Origin: Caldisericota bacterium
GTDB lineage: Bacteria; Caldisericota; Caldisericia; UBA6126
Direction of reading: 5' to 3'
Length of the DNA: 40,231 nt
Assembly (NCBI GenBank): GCA_003566815.1
Contig: PXBT01000189.1
Coordinates: 1-40,231 of the forward strand
In this document: positions 39,301 through 40,231 of the stretch, piece by piece
How positions within the stretch are numbered: position 1 is the stretch's first letter
Layout of the letters: each line of letters opens with the position of its first letter
Program-made: the position numbers and the translations under genes
Notes under the pieces: model-generated
Told to the model about the DNA's origin: nothing
What the model saw: the letters and a program-made list of their open reading frames with translations, nothing else
The model's database searches: none

Positions 39301-40231
39301 CCTGTAAATGTTACTGCTTATAAATATGCAGATGACAACAATGATAGAGCATTTACGCCTCTTTATAATCTGGGCGACAATCTTCCTCAATTTTCACACG
39401 AAGTATATCTTGCTGGACAAATTGCACTTGATGTTATGCCAAGGCAAGACATGTCTGTCACAATATCACCTTCAGTACTTACTGCGGGATGTATCCCTGA
39501 ATTAGTCGATCCTGCAAGCCCTCTGACAGTTATTGTTACGGATGCAGATGGCAACCCTGTGGATCTTACTTATGGAATTCCCAACCATCTCGGTGAAGAT
39601 AGAATTGATACCGATGATCTATGGAACTATTTGTTCCATGATCCTCATCCCGATCCATTGCCACAATATTATTGGCTAAGAACTGATCTTCATAACAATG
39701 ATTTTACAAGAATTAACAATAACCGTTTGTATGGAAGGTTTTTTAACCCCATAACCGTTGATTTCTCCTTGGCAAGTGATGGAAGATATACTTTCCGTGG
39801 ATTCTGTGCCAACGATCAGGGCGAATTTGACATTATTGTTTACACTCCATGTCGTAAACACATGGGAGTCGGAACTGTTCGCGTTGAATTGCCACAAGTT
39901 GAGTATTTCATCACCAATGTTGAAGACGAACAGGGAACAGAATATAACCTGCCAGGAGATCCTGACTTTATCATGACTGCGGCTGATAACAGAATTTATC
40001 ACGTAAGAGCTTCAGTTACAGATGCAAGAGGAATTCCTATTCGTGGTGTAACTCGAGGGGTGTCCACTTGCGGAGGCGGCACCAGAAATACTGCTCGCTT
40101 TGCCCCCTATACCACACGTCCTCTTTCCTGGAACTTTACCGAACGCGACAAGTTTCTCTTTGCAGATCATTTCATGCAGGAGCTTTATCCTTACAATCTC
40201 CATATTGGGTTTGACTTTAATGACAACCAAA
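33382..40231 (+). CDS. Giant secreted/surface protein, at least 2283 aa, 3' end beyond the window
   Basis: SD AGGAGG, ATG 33382, signal peptide MRKLLSYVVVFSLLFSSFQVIPASF. The frame was open in every stretch I translated and at the edge (..PYNLHIGFDFNDNQ). Contains GDIRLT repeats and an EF-hand-like DINGDGKVSFADFE. Confidence 0.9.
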   Translation, partial: MRKLLSYVVVFSLLFSSFQVIPASFTSVTAASRNKGATFIANRFIPVGYGRDGLPLTGGRQFPWQATANINVWGNDEYPMPHAARAREGNINIPAVAGVSDVHPVLWTEFFLSVHPEGPRSQLDDRWYAILDSAGQLWMDPDGTFHDPRYNAFADPRSVHYVAGSCRDASNRQHGIDRYSVDPVADNNTQGPYILSPTHPLFTDKPLVFEARGTLHGNRRWQIGYVDMVDYPPFRFVANNTPNDEHGVIFDPTEVHTTHWDAGYREGASNVEGLELVPFRRRHSQQLNPGDEMFHKYHLYSGWQSDVNQNVVYNGHLHTRVGVYRPYEYIYRKNPIIDPTVPFHATIQDYVQVGDIRLTDMSFRTWDGSTVINYPANSVVRFGDADAPVDHDGNWWLEADERKTLWHFHPALKHSENVRAYDRTRYNLGHPNPNAYHLDDAIWDLAPTFDTEFRHGYQYSEFIYWDSNNSNRVDQGDWRFSPVNTRINLDTYQPINGLGLVGFNATNRTQGDVLILSELLEGGCEAPTYDISVQTDLWMGTDAHIGGDKPLVPSVTAARLHSPNDDIPANAQRIQKSTVLDPTGLEFFVPATTFHNIKLQYRQYIGVQIFKDNGIDNHLGINLSSDNLYEQNLTDDYMPERRGEEFIGAVNGVNAKDYGQPLTPFPDNVRFYDTRRPETSAAARYGCGEPIYRISWDNMEAFYNEREDDPLYIYGIQVGDERITGVTVLRGSNEITYAPGTKVTTGDADVGFPVHPFDSNKYFFVDKVFPERDIVLNRTYDLGEPIYLNTQLGVDWTSPNTGTWTPFPYAQSFPALDPDTGTPTNYITYVPLGDAQCPQQNYSHATSTIPVYIDVDQSGRVTPGDIRLTRVRNTRSAHVYYPAYSTVHEHDTDAQAFGETGLPLTPVPNMGINYWYAKADFFGGILDLWNRFNDVYIDVTNTGYVSGTGTRSPADNADIRLTNTFGYGVGSTVFDQGADGLWNAINEEHDDRDVGERNHPTDNVRYYDINAQSWGLNAFTVHMTQDGLFFMDPDDPMGENNYTPYAVQLNPMTVDSRFIRLTEVSISNETYACGSTVSSGDFWYLQNPVHGVSMGLNCDFRFFDAVVQPGPVRVNINLSAPFKVEQTTQVDISLVTPLKEGEEAWILVQDVLAPGAQGDINPFVNVYQLDHEKQEVSFQFTPYRGSAGEFRTNYPLRIYTFKEVGGIREPVPPNAGSNLYVDPFYANFLDQDELGRIVTTNAPHPPTPPIPERIAYTYDCWNRRSFIVQPEDLDITSASLCIETLDQRFPNLTVRLYDADNPDDVNDPANIRLTLSHGERLIANYNATGGGVDYMFTGWDVRGHEPQKVIVQMNLDGSYNYWYWQDEYPYGVLTRECVLSEKHTGWDRLLLYNADCSLRNTAYRGDRDFRYNNEITRGDRYYIGNEDYFTVETFGVNALATSYNEIPGNPGGELRIAVAPNDPSSDLRIRIYTTNALFDYNSTIEHPPHFIYDTSPGIDYSGILELSVLPPDPYVNFAEFRIVDHALQNSRVNYTAGSDALYEMSPPAPQIQSPYDPIIKDVGRDFRAYPGGQTHTGRVRGMINSGSFVRTEGYHNGWNAYPAIWWWYWYQNVSMHNFTDFNRLGTEFFPLTDYTMYFIMKDGDGNHLTLDPDPSIPLERRVRQLRITGPFMTPEMFNPQRGDLVSDWRYNGVDHVPIKYDYSGEIIIDETNFMDYQGYYGQHGSDWTRMQWNGGNDVPYPFINEYLRFGGDLDYSTVQDVVRIPEIIPIGSGIIRIEAILWDGTVKIYQDCCAEPPTDGVDVHGLEIETNSTVVVDMDNKVEVVVKDFDSMQEVQPANNAVVVIWQDRGILNPDTGLYDGAGDGWITNPPSSSEATEVQYQYDRSADINGDGKVSFADFETEIVGTYDLATNTWMSGIIDARTFQRDNGRYVFDLTASNGALITQTGHDFGGLDRGGLGKEPDHIISEFETLPVNVTAYKYADDNNDRAFTPLYNLGDNLPQFSHEVYLAGQIALDVMPRQDMSVTISPSVLTAGCIPELVDPASPLTVIVTDADGNPVDLTYGIPNHLGEDRIDTDDLWNYLFHDPHPDPLPQYYWLRTDLHNNDFTRINNNRLYGRFFNPITVDFSLASDGRYTFRGFCANDQGEFDIIVYTPCRKHMGVGTVRVELPQVEYFITNVEDEQGTEYNLPGDPDFIMTAADNRIYHVRASVTDARGIPIRGVTRGVSTCGGGTRNTARFAPYTTRPLSWNFTERDKFLFADHFMQELYPYNLHIGFDFNDNQ

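Noticed and set aside
33427-40230. Many 60-270 aa ORFs on both strands, including the Pro/Ser/Thr-rich 34526-35341
   Set aside because: Shadow frames of the single long ORF from 33382, caused by its biased codon usage.
33382-40231. Diversity-generating retroelement acting on the giant protein
   Set aside because: No reverse transcriptase, and no template/variable repeat pair differing at adenines was seen in the window.

Overview
Bacterial chromosomal window. The large secreted proteins and a copper-amine-oxidase-like 'stalk' domain suggest Caldisericia, but that is inference only. Left to right: (1) the 5' part of a secreted RHS/YD-repeat gene on the minus strand, running off the left edge, whose start codon is put out of frame by an (AG)12 microsatellite (candidate phase variation); (2) a lysine riboswitch and a complete nine-gene acetylated-DAP lysine operon (asd-dapF-dapA-dapB-dapH-lysC-aminotransferase-lysA-deacetylase); (3) a DUF4956 / VTC polyphosphate-polymerase / membrane-anchored LRR-CotH kinase operon whose last gene seems to start at ATT; (4) housekeeping, envelope and redox genes (EamA, PdaA-like deacetylase, metallophosphoesterase, MenK/MqnK-like radical SAM, Rrf2-hcp, LiaF-like, two dehydrogenases, GHL10, DUF4352, G5/3D, proS, GT2, DegV, TPR); (5) a secreted giant protein of at least 2283 aa running off the right edge, with GDIRLT repeats and an abrupt internal codon-usage switch. 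Three copies of a ~26-bp REP-like palindrome lie in intergenic regions. The two edge genes are missing from the supplied ORF track and were translated by hand. No rRNA, tRNA, CRISPR array or transposase was seen.
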